Shown: in pieces, positions 26,221-35,756 of the stretch | How positions within the stretch are numbered: the stretch's first letter is position 1 | Layout of the letters: each line of letters opens with the position of its first letter | DNA from: a virus | Lineage: Duplodnaviria > Caudoviricetes | Direction: 5' to 3' (one strand) | Virus record (IMG/VR): IMGVR_UViG_3300022181_000093 | Location: 1-43,538 of that record | DNA: 43,538 bases | Made by a program: the position numbers and the translations under genes | The notes under the pieces: model-generated | Database searches by the model: none | Seen by the model: only the letters and a program-made list of their open reading frames with translations | Told to the model about the DNA's origin: nothing

Positions 26221-26660
26221 CGATTGCACCGCAGGTGCGGGAAATTCTCCGGGAAATCTTGCTCCGGAGGCATGCGGAAGGCGTCCGTTTCCGCCCTCCG
26301 GAGAAGAAGCTGTCGGATATCCTCGCCTTCGTCCGGAGGGAATATCCGGATGCCCGGGAAGACCAGCTTTTCGGCGATACCCTCGAGTTTCTCAAGGCGA
26401 TGAATTCCGACGGGGAGTGCGAATACTACCAGGAGCAGAACCGGTGTCCGTGGGAATGCGGCAACATGGGGCGCCTCTGGGTGGTCCGCCGGGAAGACAC
26501 TCGGCACGGCCCCCGGTACATCGTCACATGGCAGACATGCGGGCGATACCAGGGGTGGATGGCGAAAAAGGCCGCCGCGGCGAAGCCGGAATCGGAGATT
26601 TCCTTCGCGGCACGGCGAAAAGGAGGCGACGGCGACAATGAACGAAAAGACATCGCATGA
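26202..26660 (+). CDS. Phage hypothetical protein (Cys-containing) after the initiator
   Basis: GGAGG RBS; overlaps neighbouring genes. Confidence 0.65.
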   Translation: MAREPVAIAPQVREILREILLRRHAEGVRFRPPEKKLSDILAFVRREYPDAREDQLFGDTLEFLKAMNSDGECEYYQEQNRCPWECGNMGRLWVVRREDTRHGPRYIVTWQTCGRYQGWMAKKAAAAKPESEISFAARRKGGDGDNERKDIA

Positions 26661-26868
26661 ACCAACAAAGCTCACCAAGGGAGAGCTCCTGGCGAAGCGG
26701 TCTGAACTCGAACGGGAGGTCCTCAAGGTCAAAAAGCAGCTCGACACGGAGATGATCTTCCCTTCCTTCCGGGACCGGATCGAGCGCAAGCTGAACCGCC
26801 TCGGCGGGGAGCTCCTGCAGATAGACAAGATGCTCGACGAGCACTCTGGCCAGACAACGCTTTTTTGA
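26638..26868 (+). CDS. Small coiled-coil phage protein
   Basis: AAGGAGG RBS; ends QTTLF. Confidence 0.65.
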   Translation: MNEKTSHEPTKLTKGELLAKRSELEREVLKVKKQLDTEMIFPSFRDRIERKLNRLGGELLQIDKMLDEHSGQTTLF

Positions 26869-26887
26869 GGAAGGAGATGGAATCGGC

Positions 26888-27370
26888 ATGATCATCATCG
26901 GAATCGACCCGGGAATGGACGGAGCGGTCGTCGCCATACAGGGGGACACCAGGGAGATCATAACCGTCACGGACTGCCCAACGCTCCCGGCCGGGAAGGG
27001 CAGGGATTACGACATCCCGGCCATGGCGGAGGTGCTGCGCACATCCATTCTGGCCAACAGAGCGACCGTGATACTTGAACAGGCCCAGGCCATGCCGAAG
27101 CAGGGCGTGGCGAGCACGTTCAACTTCGGCCGGGGCTTCGGGATCTGGCTCGGGATACTCGGGGCTCTTGAGATACCCTACCGGACCGTCCGTCCGTCCC
27201 AGTGGACGAAAAGAATCTTCAGTGGGCTCCCCGGAAAGGGGAAGGAGCGCTCGGTCCAGTTTGCACGCCGGATGTTTCCCGCCCTCGAACTGGTCCCACC
27301 GGGGTGCAGGAAGCCCCGCGATGGCCGGGCCGACGCCGCCTGTCTGGCCTATTACGGGGTGGTGGCGTGA
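26888..27370 (+). CDS. RuvC-like Holliday junction resolvase
   Basis: IIGIDPG..GA, ILE, F.FG..FG, P..W.K and DGRADA motifs. Confidence 0.9.
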   Translation: MIIIGIDPGMDGAVVAIQGDTREIITVTDCPTLPAGKGRDYDIPAMAEVLRTSILANRATVILEQAQAMPKQGVASTFNFGRGFGIWLGILGALEIPYRTVRPSQWTKRIFSGLPGKGKERSVQFARRMFPALELVPPGCRKPRDGRADAACLAYYGVVA

Positions 27371-27373
27371 CAC

Positions 27374-27685
27374 ATGGAAAAACTCGAATTTACCGGCAGG
27401 AAGGGGAAGGCCGTGATCCGCCTTGCCCAGAGTAATGACGGGCAATGGAGGTCTTTTATCCAAATTGACCTTCACGACAAAATGAACACATTCTCCGGAT
27501 ACTACGGCTGCCTCCATGAGGACCAGGATGGATACTCCAGCCGTGAGGAAGCGATTGTTTCAGCTATAGGCGAGCTTGAAGAACGGCTGGAAGAAGACTA
27601 CAACAACCCGAAGGCGTGTGCTGAAGTTCGCGCCTGGATAGATTCCCTGGGAGTGACGCGCAGACAGCTGGGGTTGTTTGTATAG
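27374..27685 (+). CDS. Phage hypothetical protein
   Basis: Clean ORF 3 nt after the resolvase stop; ends QLGLFV. Confidence 0.7.
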   Translation: MEKLEFTGRKGKAVIRLAQSNDGQWRSFIQIDLHDKMNTFSGYYGCLHEDQDGYSSREEAIVSAIGELEERLEEDYNNPKACAEVRAWIDSLGVTRRQLGLFV

Positions 27686-27755
27686 TCCAACCCTAGCCTG
27701 CCTGGCGTATTACGGCCTGACTTTCCGGCCTCCCAAAAAAGGGGTGAAGCTAACC

Positions 27756-28028
27756 ATGACCAAGGAGACCATCCTCGAGAAAAAAGGGGTGTACGCACCC
27801 TGGGAAGACGACCTGCCATCCACCTGCAGGCACTGCGACGGCTCCAAGTACATCATCTCCATCCTCTACGAGGCGAAGAAATCCCGGGAACGCATCGCCG
27901 AACTCGAGCGGCAGATAGAGGAATTCCGGAGCGCCGCACGGGAGTACGTCAGGATCGGCGGGAAAAAACTTGAAGGAACGCTGGGGAGGCTGTTGCCATG
28001 CGAAAAATCTACGTCGCTCATCCGTTGA
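27756..28028 (+). CDS. Phage hypothetical protein (CxxC, coiled coil)
   Basis: GGGGTG RBS before ATG 27756. Confidence 0.65.
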   Translation: MTKETILEKKGVYAPWEDDLPSTCRHCDGSKYIISILYEAKKSRERIAELERQIEEFRSAAREYVRIGGKKLEGTLGRLLPCEKSTSLIR

Positions 28029-28330
28029 GGGGAAGGCATCCCCATACAGCTGAGAAGATTGCCGAGAACCATGACAGGATAACCCGCATCTGTCGCCAGA
28101 TAGCTCGGGACCATACTGAAACCCTTATTTTGAGCCCTATCCACGCCTTCCAGTTCTTCGATGCCTTGGGGGATCAGGCGGCACCTCTGGATCAGTGTCG
28201 AAAACTCCTGTCGATGTCCGATGAGCTCTGGGTATACGGTGACTGGCGGACTTCCGAGGGGTGCCGCATGGAGGTGACTCTTGCCACAGAGCGCGGTATC
28301 CCTGTGAAGTTCATGGAGTATTCCGCATGA
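27998..28330 (+). CDS. DUF4406/nucleoside 2-deoxyribosyltransferase-like protein
   Basis: KIYVAHP, SPIH, CRKLL..SDELWV.G....SEGCRME...A...GIPV. Confidence 0.8.
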   Translation: MRKIYVAHPLRGRHPHTAEKIAENHDRITRICRQIARDHTETLILSPIHAFQFFDALGDQAAPLDQCRKLLSMSDELWVYGDWRTSEGCRMEVTLATERGIPVKFMEYSA

Positions 28331-28764
28331 GGCCCATGGGAAACAGTCTGTTCAACTTGGTGGAGAGAGAATTCTTCGCTTACAGCTACAACGTCAGCAA
28401 ACTCGCGAGTCTGGTGGATCAGCGTTCATGCCTTTCCGTCATCCGCTCTCCTTCAGAGCTTCACGAACGGGTGGATACTGGAGGGGGATACTCCGACCCG
28501 GTGGGGTTTTGGCTGGAGCGGCAAGAATTTCTCGACGAGATGATCGCTAGATATCGCCTACGGGTGAATCCTATCACCCACATGCTCGCCTTTTTGAACA
28601 AGACGAAGCCCGAAATGGAGAGGCTTTTCGAACTCTATTACGTGAGGCGGAATCAGTGGGGATTTATTGAATCGGAAATGGCGCTTTCTCCCTCTTCCCG
28701 AAAGAGAATGAGAAGCGACCTCGTTTGGTATGGAGCGCGTTTCCTGGGGTTTTGCGACGGCTGA
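28327..28764 (+). CDS. RinA/ArpU-like late-gene transcriptional activator
   Basis: Last gene of the early operon; C-terminal sigma-4-like HTH (LFELYY....WGFIESEMALS). Confidence 0.7.
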   Translation: MRPMGNSLFNLVEREFFAYSYNVSKLASLVDQRSCLSVIRSPSELHERVDTGGGYSDPVGFWLERQEFLDEMIARYRLRVNPITHMLAFLNKTKPEMERLFELYYVRRNQWGFIESEMALSPSSRKRMRSDLVWYGARFLGFCDG

Positions 28765-28780
28765 TTCAAGAGTGTATACG

Positions 28781-28850
28781 CTTTTGAACTTTTTTTGGTC
28801 CTTTTTTGGCCCTTTTCTGGACCCCATTTTGTTGAATCTGTGTTTATACT
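28781..28850 (+). promoter_or_regulatory. Putative late promoter with 11-bp tandem activator-binding repeats
   Basis: TTTTTTGGTCC, TTTTTTGGCCC and TTTTCTGGACC (28791-28823), followed by TATACT at 28845. Confidence 0.6.
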
Positions 28851-28891
28851 ATCACCGTGGAAAAAAAGGGAAGCGACCGTTCCCCGGAAAA

Positions 28892-28938
28892 GAAGCGCCC
28901 CCGCCGGATAATATCCCGGCAGGGGCGTTTCAGTTTTT
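28892..28938. terminator. Long GC-rich hairpin at the 3' end of hicB
   Basis: GAAGCGCCCCCGCCGG / CCGGCAGGGGCGTTTC. Confidence 0.6.
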
Positions 28939-29386
28939 AGCAGCAGGCTGTTTTGGGATTCCGGTCCGTTTGCAGCCTTTCTTTAATGGCGTTTTGAAGT
29001 TCTTGTGAGAAGTTGATATTGCTCTGTCTCGCCATTTCATCCATCCATGAGGGGAGGGTAATGGTCCTGCTGACCGATCGATTTTCCCACGACCTTCTTG
29101 CAGCGCCCATATCGGCTACAACAAGGCTGGTAAATTGGTCACCGACGCACTTGATAGATCGAATATCAGAAGGAGTGGGGATGCCGTTCTCGTCTCTCTC
29201 CATCCAATAAAGAACATTTTCAAGAGCTTCTTTGGCCTCGGTGAGGGCTTCTTCAACAGTCACGCCATTAGCAAAACAGTTTTCAAGATCAGGAAACGTG
29301 ACGTTGATCACTCCGCCGTCGTCCATGTCTTGTTCAAGAACGGCGGGAAAAGCGTAGTATTCTGGGTGCTTCCTTTTGTCCACCAT
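28937..29386 (-). CDS. hicB: HicB family antitoxin
   Basis: YAFPAV, VTFPDL..C...G.T.EEA...AKEAL, IPTPS, C-terminal TITLPSW...INFSQ.LQ RHH. Confidence 0.93.
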   Translation of the reverse strand: MVDKRKHPEYYAFPAVLEQDMDDGGVINVTFPDLENCFANGVTVEEALTEAKEALENVLYWMERDENGIPTPSDIRSIKCVGDQFTSLVVADMGAARRSWENRSVSRTITLPSWMDEMARQSNINFSQELQNAIKERLQTDRNPKTACC

Positions 29387-29469
29387 GTTTTCACCTCGCA
29401 TTCGGTTGATAGTTATAATTTATAATTTTTAGGGGAGAAACAGGAGCGGGCGGACATCCGCCCCTGTTT

Positions 29470-29679
29470 CTATTTGAGTCCTATTAACTTAAGAATCACT
29501 TGCTTGGTCTTCTTGCTTGGAGCAGTTGGAATATCGAAAGGTCTGTGTCCTTCTTTTCTCGCTACTAGATGTCCTGATGATCCCTTCGATTCAATGGTCC
29601 ACCCCTGGGCACGGATGAGCTTCTTTAACTCTTCCAGGGAGTAATCCTTGCCTGGGATATATTGCGCCGAACGCCCCAT
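29470..29679 (-). CDS. hicA: HicA family toxin
   Basis: ELKKLIRAQGW.....SSGH...K......IP......ILK..GL; upstream of hicB; AAGGAGG RBS. Confidence 0.8.
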   Translation of the reverse strand: MGRSAQYIPGKDYSLEELKKLIRAQGWTIESKGSSGHLVARKEGHRPFDIPTAPSKKTKQVILKLIGLK

Positions 29680-29767
29680 CGACTCACCTCCTTTCCTAAT
29701 TTTTGTTTTCTATTTTAGCACATATAAAATATGTGTCAAAGGGAAGTGGGTTATTTGAGAAGAAAGC

Positions 29768-29801
29768 AAAGACCTCCGTCATCGGCCGACGGAGGTCTTT
29801 T
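29768..29801. terminator. Bidirectional terminator-like hairpin
   Basis: AAAGACCTCCGTC / GACGGAGGTCTTT. Confidence 0.7.
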
Positions 29802-29887
29802 GCGCCGATCGGGAGAGAATCCCGGCCGACAACACCGCCTGATTGTATTTCTCAGACAAGAGAATAATACAATAAGGCGGTGTTTTT

Positions 29888-31090
29888 ATGCAAGAGAAAA
29901 CGGATGGTAAACAAACAGCGCCTCTCTCCAGCCTGATCCAGGACCCGGTTAACGCCAGGAAGCACAACGAGCGGAACATCGAGGAGATCTGCCGCTCCCT
30001 CCGGGAGTTCGGGCAGCACGCTCCTCTGGTGGTGCAGAGAAGCACCGGCAGGGTCCTCGTAGGCAACGGCCGGATGGAGGCCATGGGGCGTCTCGGATGG
30101 AAGGATGCGTGGGTGGTGTTCACCGATGATGACAATGTGACCGCAGTCCGGCGGGCTTTGGCGGACAACCGAACGGCGGAACTCGCCGACTGGGACGAGA
30201 ACATTCTCTCCGAACTCGTCCGCTCCCTTGGAGAGGACGTGGAGATTCCGGGCTGGACTGAAGAGGAGCTTGCGGCTCTGTCGGCACTCAATCCGGAGCC
30301 GGTGGAAGGGCTCGAGGATCCCGACGAGGTTCCCCCCGCACCGGACGAGCCGACGACGAAACCGGGGGACCTGTGGATCCTGGGGGAACACCGTCTCCTC
30401 TGCGGCGACAGTACGGACCGGAGGCTCGTCGAAAGACTTCTGGCCGGGGAAGCGGCCGATCTGTTCCTCACCGATCCTCCCTACAACGTGAACTACGAAG
30501 GCAAGACGAAAAGCGCGATGAAGATCGCCAACGATGATATGGACGATGCTCTCTTCGTCGATTTTCTCCGGACGGCCTTTTCCGCCGCCGATGCCGTTCT
30601 CAAACCCGGGGCGGTGTTTTACATCTGGCATGCCGATACGGCGGGGCTGAACTTCAGGCTCGCCTGCAGGGATGTGGGATGGACGGTCCGGCAGTGCCTC
30701 GTGTGGAACAAGAACAGCCTGGTCATGAGCCGACAGGATTACCACTGGAAGCATGAGCCGTGCCTCTACGGATGGAAGGACGGGGCCGGGCATCTCTGGG
30801 CCTCCGACCGGAAACAGACCACGGTCCTTGACTTCGACCGGCCGTCGAAGAGCGAAGAGCACCCGACCATGAAGCCGGTGGCTCTCTTCGAGTATCAGCT
30901 TCTCAACAACACCAAGGGAAAGGATCTGGTCCTCGATCTCTTCTCCGGTTCCGGAACGACGGTCATCGCCTGCGAACGGCAGGGGCGCCGGGCGAGGGTG
31001 ATGGAAATTGCCCCCCGATACTGCGACGTCGCCGTCCGGAGATGGGAGGCTTTTACGGGAAAAGAGGCGGTGCTGGAAAAAGAACAATAG
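29888..31090 (+). CDS. ParB-N domain / N6-N4 DNA methyltransferase fusion
   Basis: NARKH, G.GR, ADNR ParB-like motifs; DPPY, HPTMKPV and DLFSGSGTT motifs; typical pre-terminase position. Confidence 0.93.
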   Translation: MQEKTDGKQTAPLSSLIQDPVNARKHNERNIEEICRSLREFGQHAPLVVQRSTGRVLVGNGRMEAMGRLGWKDAWVVFTDDDNVTAVRRALADNRTAELADWDENILSELVRSLGEDVEIPGWTEEELAALSALNPEPVEGLEDPDEVPPAPDEPTTKPGDLWILGEHRLLCGDSTDRRLVERLLAGEAADLFLTDPPYNVNYEGKTKSAMKIANDDMDDALFVDFLRTAFSAADAVLKPGAVFYIWHADTAGLNFRLACRDVGWTVRQCLVWNKNSLVMSRQDYHWKHEPCLYGWKDGAGHLWASDRKQTTVLDFDRPSKSEEHPTMKPVALFEYQLLNNTKGKDLVLDLFSGSGTTVIACERQGRRARVMEIAPRYCDVAVRRWEAFTGKEAVLEKEQ

Positions 31091-31093
31091 GAG

Positions 31094-31660
31094 GTGATTC
31101 CCTTGGCCAGGACAGGACGTCCCCGCGTCGAATACTCGGAAAAATACCATCCTCTGTGGGCCCGGTCCCTGTCGAGGATGGGGCTCACCTTTGACGAGGT
31201 CGCGAGGGAGTTCGGTATCGGACGGACGACGCTGCGGACATGGGTTCAGACCTACCCTGACTTGGAGGAGTCTCTCCGGGAGGGGAAGGGTGCCGCCGAC
31301 GCCAGGGTGGAGGATTCTCTCTTCCGCAGGGCCGTCGGCTACGAGTACGAGGAATCCAAAATCATCGCCGAGAAAAACCCCGCCTTGGGAAAGGTCACGC
31401 CGAAGCGGGTGGAAAAGACGACCAGGCACATTCCTCCCGATGTCACCGCCCAGATCTTCTGGCTCAAGAACCGCCGCCCCGACCTCTGGCGCGACGTTTC
31501 GCGCATGGAGCACGCCGGGAGGGTGGAGGTGACCAGAAATGACCCGGAAATCGAGAAGCTCATCGAAGATCCCAAGGCGCAGGTCCTCCTCGCCGAACTC
31601 TATGCTCGGCTGTACGCCGGAGCGCCTGAGGGAAACATGGAAGATCCTGGCGAAACGTAA
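31094..31660 (+). CDS. terS: Terminase small subunit
   Basis: GRP, HTH, V..SLF.RA.G and PPDVTAQIFWLKNRRP..WRD motifs. Confidence 0.88.
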   Translation: MIPLARTGRPRVEYSEKYHPLWARSLSRMGLTFDEVAREFGIGRTTLRTWVQTYPDLEESLREGKGAADARVEDSLFRRAVGYEYEESKIIAEKNPALGKVTPKRVEKTTRHIPPDVTAQIFWLKNRRPDLWRDVSRMEHAGRVEVTRNDPEIEKLIEDPKAQVLLAELYARLYAGAPEGNMEDPGET

Positions 31661-33011
31661 GTTCTGGTTCTTCTGCCAGTACGCCCACTTCGGGAAATGG
31701 CAGCTCGCCCCCCATCTCGAACTGATCTGCTCCGAACTGGAGGAGGTGGAGGCCGGGCGGCTGGACCGGCTGATACTGACAGTCCCGCCCCGGCACGGGA
31801 AATCCATGTCCGTCACGGAGACATTTCCCGCCTGGTACCTCGGCAGGAATCCGGACCGGCGGGTCATTGAAACATCCTACAGCGATGATCTTTCGCGGAC
31901 CTTCGGCGACAAGTGCCGCCGAAAGATCGAGCTGTTCGGCCCGGAGCTCTGGGGGCTGGAAATCGACCGGCGCCGGGCGGACAAAAGCGACTGGGGCATC
32001 CGGAACCATGACGGCGGCATGATCTCCTCGGGGATCGGCGGCTCGATCACGGGCAAGGGCGCAGACCTGATGATCATCGACGACCCCATCAAGAACCGCC
32101 AGGAGGCCGACTCCCAGACCTATCGGAATCGCGTCTGGTCCGAGTGGACCTCAACCCTGGCCACACGGCTTCACCCCGGGGCGGCGGTGATCGTGATCAT
32201 GACCCGCTGGCACGAGGACGACCTCGCCGGGAGGCTCCTTCGGGAGGAACCGGGCCGATGGAAGCTCCTGAACCTTCCGGCGGTGGCTGAGGAGAACGAC
32301 CCCCTCGGCCGCCCGGTGGGGACCGCCCTTTGGCCCTCCCGCTACGGGGATGACGAGCTGGCGAAGATCAAGGTCACCGTGGGCTCCCGGGACTGGGCAG
32401 CCCTCTACCAGGGGCGCCCCGCTCCGGCCTCCGGGAACATCTTCAACCGGTCCTGGTGGAAGGAATACCCTCTTCCCCCGAAAGAGCAGGAGCGGAACAT
32501 GGAGCGGGTTCTCCTCTCCTGGGACTGCGCCTTCAAGGACTCCGGCGGATCCGACTTCGTGGTCGGGCAGGTCTGGGGGAAGCGGGGAGGAGATTTCTTC
32601 CTGCTGGATCAGGTCCGGGACAGAATGGATTTCCCGGCCACCGTGAAGGCGGTCCGTGCCCAGGCGGCGAAATGGCCGCGGGCGACAGGGAAGCTGGTGG
32701 AGGACAAGGCCAACGGAACCGCGGTGATCGCGTCCCTGAAGCGGGATATCCCCGGCCTGATCCCCGTGGAACCCCACGGCGGCAAGGTGGTCCGGGCGAA
32801 CGCCGTCTCTCCCTTCGTGGAGGCAGGGAACGTGTTTCTTCCCCAGGCCCGCCATGCGCCGTGGATCGGGGATTTCATCGAGGAGTGCGCCGCCTTCCCC
32901 AACGGCGGGAACGACGACCAGGTGGACGCCATGACCCAGGCGCTGCGGTATCTGAGTGGAGGGCGGCCGCCCATCACCATCGGCACATTCGGAGGAGGGA
33001 CAGTGGCATGA
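31602..33011 (+). CDS. terL: Terminase large subunit
   Basis: PPRHGKS Walker A, IIDDP Walker B, TRWHEDD, SWD and NDDQVDA nuclease motifs. Start uncertain (31539 or 31602). Confidence 0.95.
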   Translation: MLGCTPERLRETWKILAKRKFWFFCQYAHFGKWQLAPHLELICSELEEVEAGRLDRLILTVPPRHGKSMSVTETFPAWYLGRNPDRRVIETSYSDDLSRTFGDKCRRKIELFGPELWGLEIDRRRADKSDWGIRNHDGGMISSGIGGSITGKGADLMIIDDPIKNRQEADSQTYRNRVWSEWTSTLATRLHPGAAVIVIMTRWHEDDLAGRLLREEPGRWKLLNLPAVAEENDPLGRPVGTALWPSRYGDDELAKIKVTVGSRDWAALYQGRPAPASGNIFNRSWWKEYPLPPKEQERNMERVLLSWDCAFKDSGGSDFVVGQVWGKRGGDFFLLDQVRDRMDFPATVKAVRAQAAKWPRATGKLVEDKANGTAVIASLKRDIPGLIPVEPHGGKVVRANAVSPFVEAGNVFLPQARHAPWIGDFIEECAAFPNGGNDDQVDAMTQALRYLSGGRPPITIGTFGGGTVA

Positions 33012-34381
33012 CGAAAAACGACGTGGCAACACCGAGCAGAGCCCACCAGACAATGGGCGAAAACTGGCCCCTCGTCCGCGCCCTGCTCGGAGGGACCCGG
33101 ACCATGAGAGCCGCCGGAGAGGAGTTCCTTCCCCGGCATCCCGCGGAACGGCAGGAAGACTATCAGGTCCGCCTGAAGCGGGCAGTGCTGACGAACTACT
33201 ACGGCGCGACGGTGAAGCATCTGGTGGGCAAGGCCTTTTCAAAACCCCTCGTGCTGAAGGACGACGTTCCGGAGAAGATCCGGGAGTGGGCGGAGGACAT
33301 CGACCTTCAGGGAACCCACCTGAACGAATTTGCGGCCGCCCTGTTTCACGAGGTCCTCGGGGCCGGATTCGCCTCTGTGCTCGTGGACTACCCCAAGCAG
33401 CTCCCCGGGGCATCCCTGGCTGAGGAGCGGGCCTCCGGAGCACGGCCCTATTTCGCTCTGATAGGAGTGGAGAATACCCTCGGAGTCAGCACGGAGGGCA
33501 GGGCGTCCAATATCCGGATGGCGCGGCTATACGAAGAGACCACGGTCCCGGACGGGGAGTTCGGAGAACGGCTTCTGAAGCGCATCCGGGTTCTCTTCCC
33601 GGGAGGCTTCGCCCTCTACGAAATGGGGGAGAAGGAAGAGTACGTCCTGGTGGAGGAAGGGCCCATGACGCCGCTGACACGGGTTCCCCTGGTGCCGGTG
33701 TACGGGAGGAAGGCGGGGCCGTGGATCGGCCTGCCGCCCCTGTTGGATCTGGCGTACAAGAACATCCAGCATTACCAGCTGGACTCGGACGTGGACAACG
33801 CCATCCGGGTGGCCTGCTTCCCCATGCTGGCCGTCTCGGGGTGGAACGCGGACCAGGACCCGACCATCAAGGTGGGGCCGAACGTGGTGCTGGCCACCAG
33901 CGACCCGACCGGCAGGTTCTACTACGTGGAGCATACGGGCGCCGCCATCGGAGCGGGACGCCAGCGGCTGGAGGACCTCAAGGCCGAGATGGCCACCATG
34001 GGCCTGCAGATGATGATGCCCCGAGCCTCCGGCGACGCTACCGCCACGGAGACCCAGGTGAAGTACGCGGAATCTACAAGCGACCTGCAACGGATGGCCT
34101 TCGGCCTCAAGGATTCCCTGGAGAACGCCCTGGTGCTCATGGCGGAGTGGATCGGCCTCACGGACGGCGGGAGCATCGAGCTCCGGGGCCAGTTCACCCT
34201 TCCCCGGGACGCGGCGGCGGAGGCACAGGCCCTGATCCAGCTCCGGATGGCGGGGGAGATCACGTCCCAGACCCTCCTCTCGGAACTGAAGCGCCGGGAT
34301 TTCCTTCCGGACGATTTCGACGTGGAAGGAGAGAGGGAGCTCCTGGACCTGGAGGGGCCCGACGATGGATTCGGCGAATGA
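33008..34381 (+). CDS. Portal protein (DUF4055-like)
   Basis: GT..MR.AGE.FLP...E....Y..RL.RA...N, LVDYP, PPLLDLA..N..HYQ; follows terL. Confidence 0.9.
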   Translation: MTKNDVATPSRAHQTMGENWPLVRALLGGTRTMRAAGEEFLPRHPAERQEDYQVRLKRAVLTNYYGATVKHLVGKAFSKPLVLKDDVPEKIREWAEDIDLQGTHLNEFAAALFHEVLGAGFASVLVDYPKQLPGASLAEERASGARPYFALIGVENTLGVSTEGRASNIRMARLYEETTVPDGEFGERLLKRIRVLFPGGFALYEMGEKEEYVLVEEGPMTPLTRVPLVPVYGRKAGPWIGLPPLLDLAYKNIQHYQLDSDVDNAIRVACFPMLAVSGWNADQDPTIKVGPNVVLATSDPTGRFYYVEHTGAAIGAGRQRLEDLKAEMATMGLQMMMPRASGDATATETQVKYAESTSDLQRMAFGLKDSLENALVLMAEWIGLTDGGSIELRGQFTLPRDAAAEAQALIQLRMAGEITSQTLLSELKRRDFLPDDFDVEGERELLDLEGPDDGFGE

Positions 34382-35756
34382 GCGCCTGGCGGATGCGGTA
34401 CGGCGCCGGACGGTGGCTCTTCTGCGGTTCGAGGCGGCGGAGCGGCGGAAGATCCTCAAGATGCTCGACCGGCTCTTCGGGGATCTGGTCCTGCAGCTTG
34501 AGGATTCCGGCATCGGGGGAGAGGTCAAGAGGACCTCCTATCAGAAACGGCGGCTCGATCTTCTGTTTCGGAACGTGGAGCGGGCTATCGCGAAACAGTA
34601 CGACGTCATCGCCGAAGCCGAAGGAACGGCCCTGAGCGGCCTGGAGACGGCGGAGATGGAGTGGGCGGCCAAAATCCTGAACCGGTCCCTGGACGTGGAT
34701 TTCTTCGTCGCTCCGCCCCTGACCTCCCAGCAGATCGAGGCGGCCGCGTCGGAGGTCCTGGTCCAGGGGGCTCCGTCGTCGGAATGGTGGGGTCGGCAGT
34801 CGGAAAAACTCCTGCAGCACTTCAAGGACCAGATCCGGACGGGCTGGCTTCAGGGGGAGACGAACCGGGAGCTCCTCAGCCGCCTTCGGGGCGGCGTGGA
34901 TGAGGAAGGCAACGTGATCTTCGACCTGTCGAAGGGGACGAAACGGGGAGCGGAGGCCACCATCCGGACCAGCGTCCAGGCCGTGGCCAACGATGCCAGG
35001 ATGAGGGTGTTCCGGGAGAACGAGGATGTGATCAAGGGCGTTCAATGGGTGAGTACCCTGGATGCCCGCACCACGGTGGAGTGCGCTTCTCTGGACGGGC
35101 TGATGTGGGACCTGGACGGAAATCCTCTGGGGCACAACAAGGCGCTGATCGGCCCGCCGAGGCACTGGAACTGCCGGAGCGTCCTGGTGCCCGTCACGAA
35201 ATCCTTCCGGGAGATGGGCATTCCCCTCGACGAGTTCCCCGAGTCCACCCGGGCATCCATCGACGGGCAGGTTCCGGAGAAGAAGACCTTCGAGAGCTGG
35301 ATCCGGGAGAAGCCGGAGAGTTACGCCGAGGACGTCTTCGGGAAGCGCCGGGCCGCCCTCTGGCGGGCGGGGAAAATCTCGGTCCGGGACATGACCGACC
35401 AGCGGGGAAGGGAGCTGACCCTCGACCAGCTTCGGGTGCAGCGAGACATCTGGCAGGGGGATTACAAACCCTCCTATCTGAAGGCGCTGAAAGCCCTCGA
35501 CGGCTATTTCACGGGCAACGGAGTTATAATGAACGAACACGGCCTGAACAGGGTTGAAGGCCGGGTGCGGCAGGGAACGCTCCCCGGTCGCGAGGATGTT
35601 CTGGAGGCGATCCGCAAGGGAGAGCGGTACATTGATGCCGAAGGGCGCGAGGCGCGGTATCTGGACGGGATTTCCGTCCACTTCGGGAAAGATGGATCCG
35701 TGCTGACGGTTCTCCGCAGGAAGAAGGTGCTCAAGGGATGGAAACCCGCAAAATAG
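34365..35756 (+). CDS. MuF/SPP1 gp7-like head morphogenesis protein with C-terminal putative toxin domain
   Basis: WVSTLD.RTT..C..LDG and PP.HWNCRS MuF motifs, plus an extra ~100-aa basic C-terminal domain (EHGLNR...RYID...VLTV...W). Confidence 0.88.
   Translation: MDSANERLADAVRRRTVALLRFEAAERRKILKMLDRLFGDLVLQLEDSGIGGEVKRTSYQKRRLDLLFRNVERAIAKQYDVIAEAEGTALSGLETAEMEWAAKILNRSLDVDFFVAPPLTSQQIEAAASEVLVQGAPSSEWWGRQSEKLLQHFKDQIRTGWLQGETNRELLSRLRGGVDEEGNVIFDLSKGTKRGAEATIRTSVQAVANDARMRVFRENEDVIKGVQWVSTLDARTTVECASLDGLMWDLDGNPLGHNKALIGPPRHWNCRSVLVPVTKSFREMGIPLDEFPESTRASIDGQVPEKKTFESWIREKPESYAEDVFGKRRAALWRAGKISVRDMTDQRGRELTLDQLRVQRDIWQGDYKPSYLKALKALDGYFTGNGVIMNEHGLNRVEGRVRQGTLPGREDVLEAIRKGERYIDAEGREARYLDGISVHFGKDGSVLTVLRRKKVLKGWKPAK

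Noticed and set aside
30328-30340. GGTTCCCCCCGCA resembling the start of the CRISPR repeat (possible solitary repeat/RNA anti-CRISPR)
   Set aside because: Short, lacks the second half of the palindrome and lies in coding sequence (EVPPAP).
32456-33007. N-terminal extension of the portal ORF in the ORF track
   Set aside because: Overlaps terL out of frame; the real start is ATG 33008 after GGAGG.
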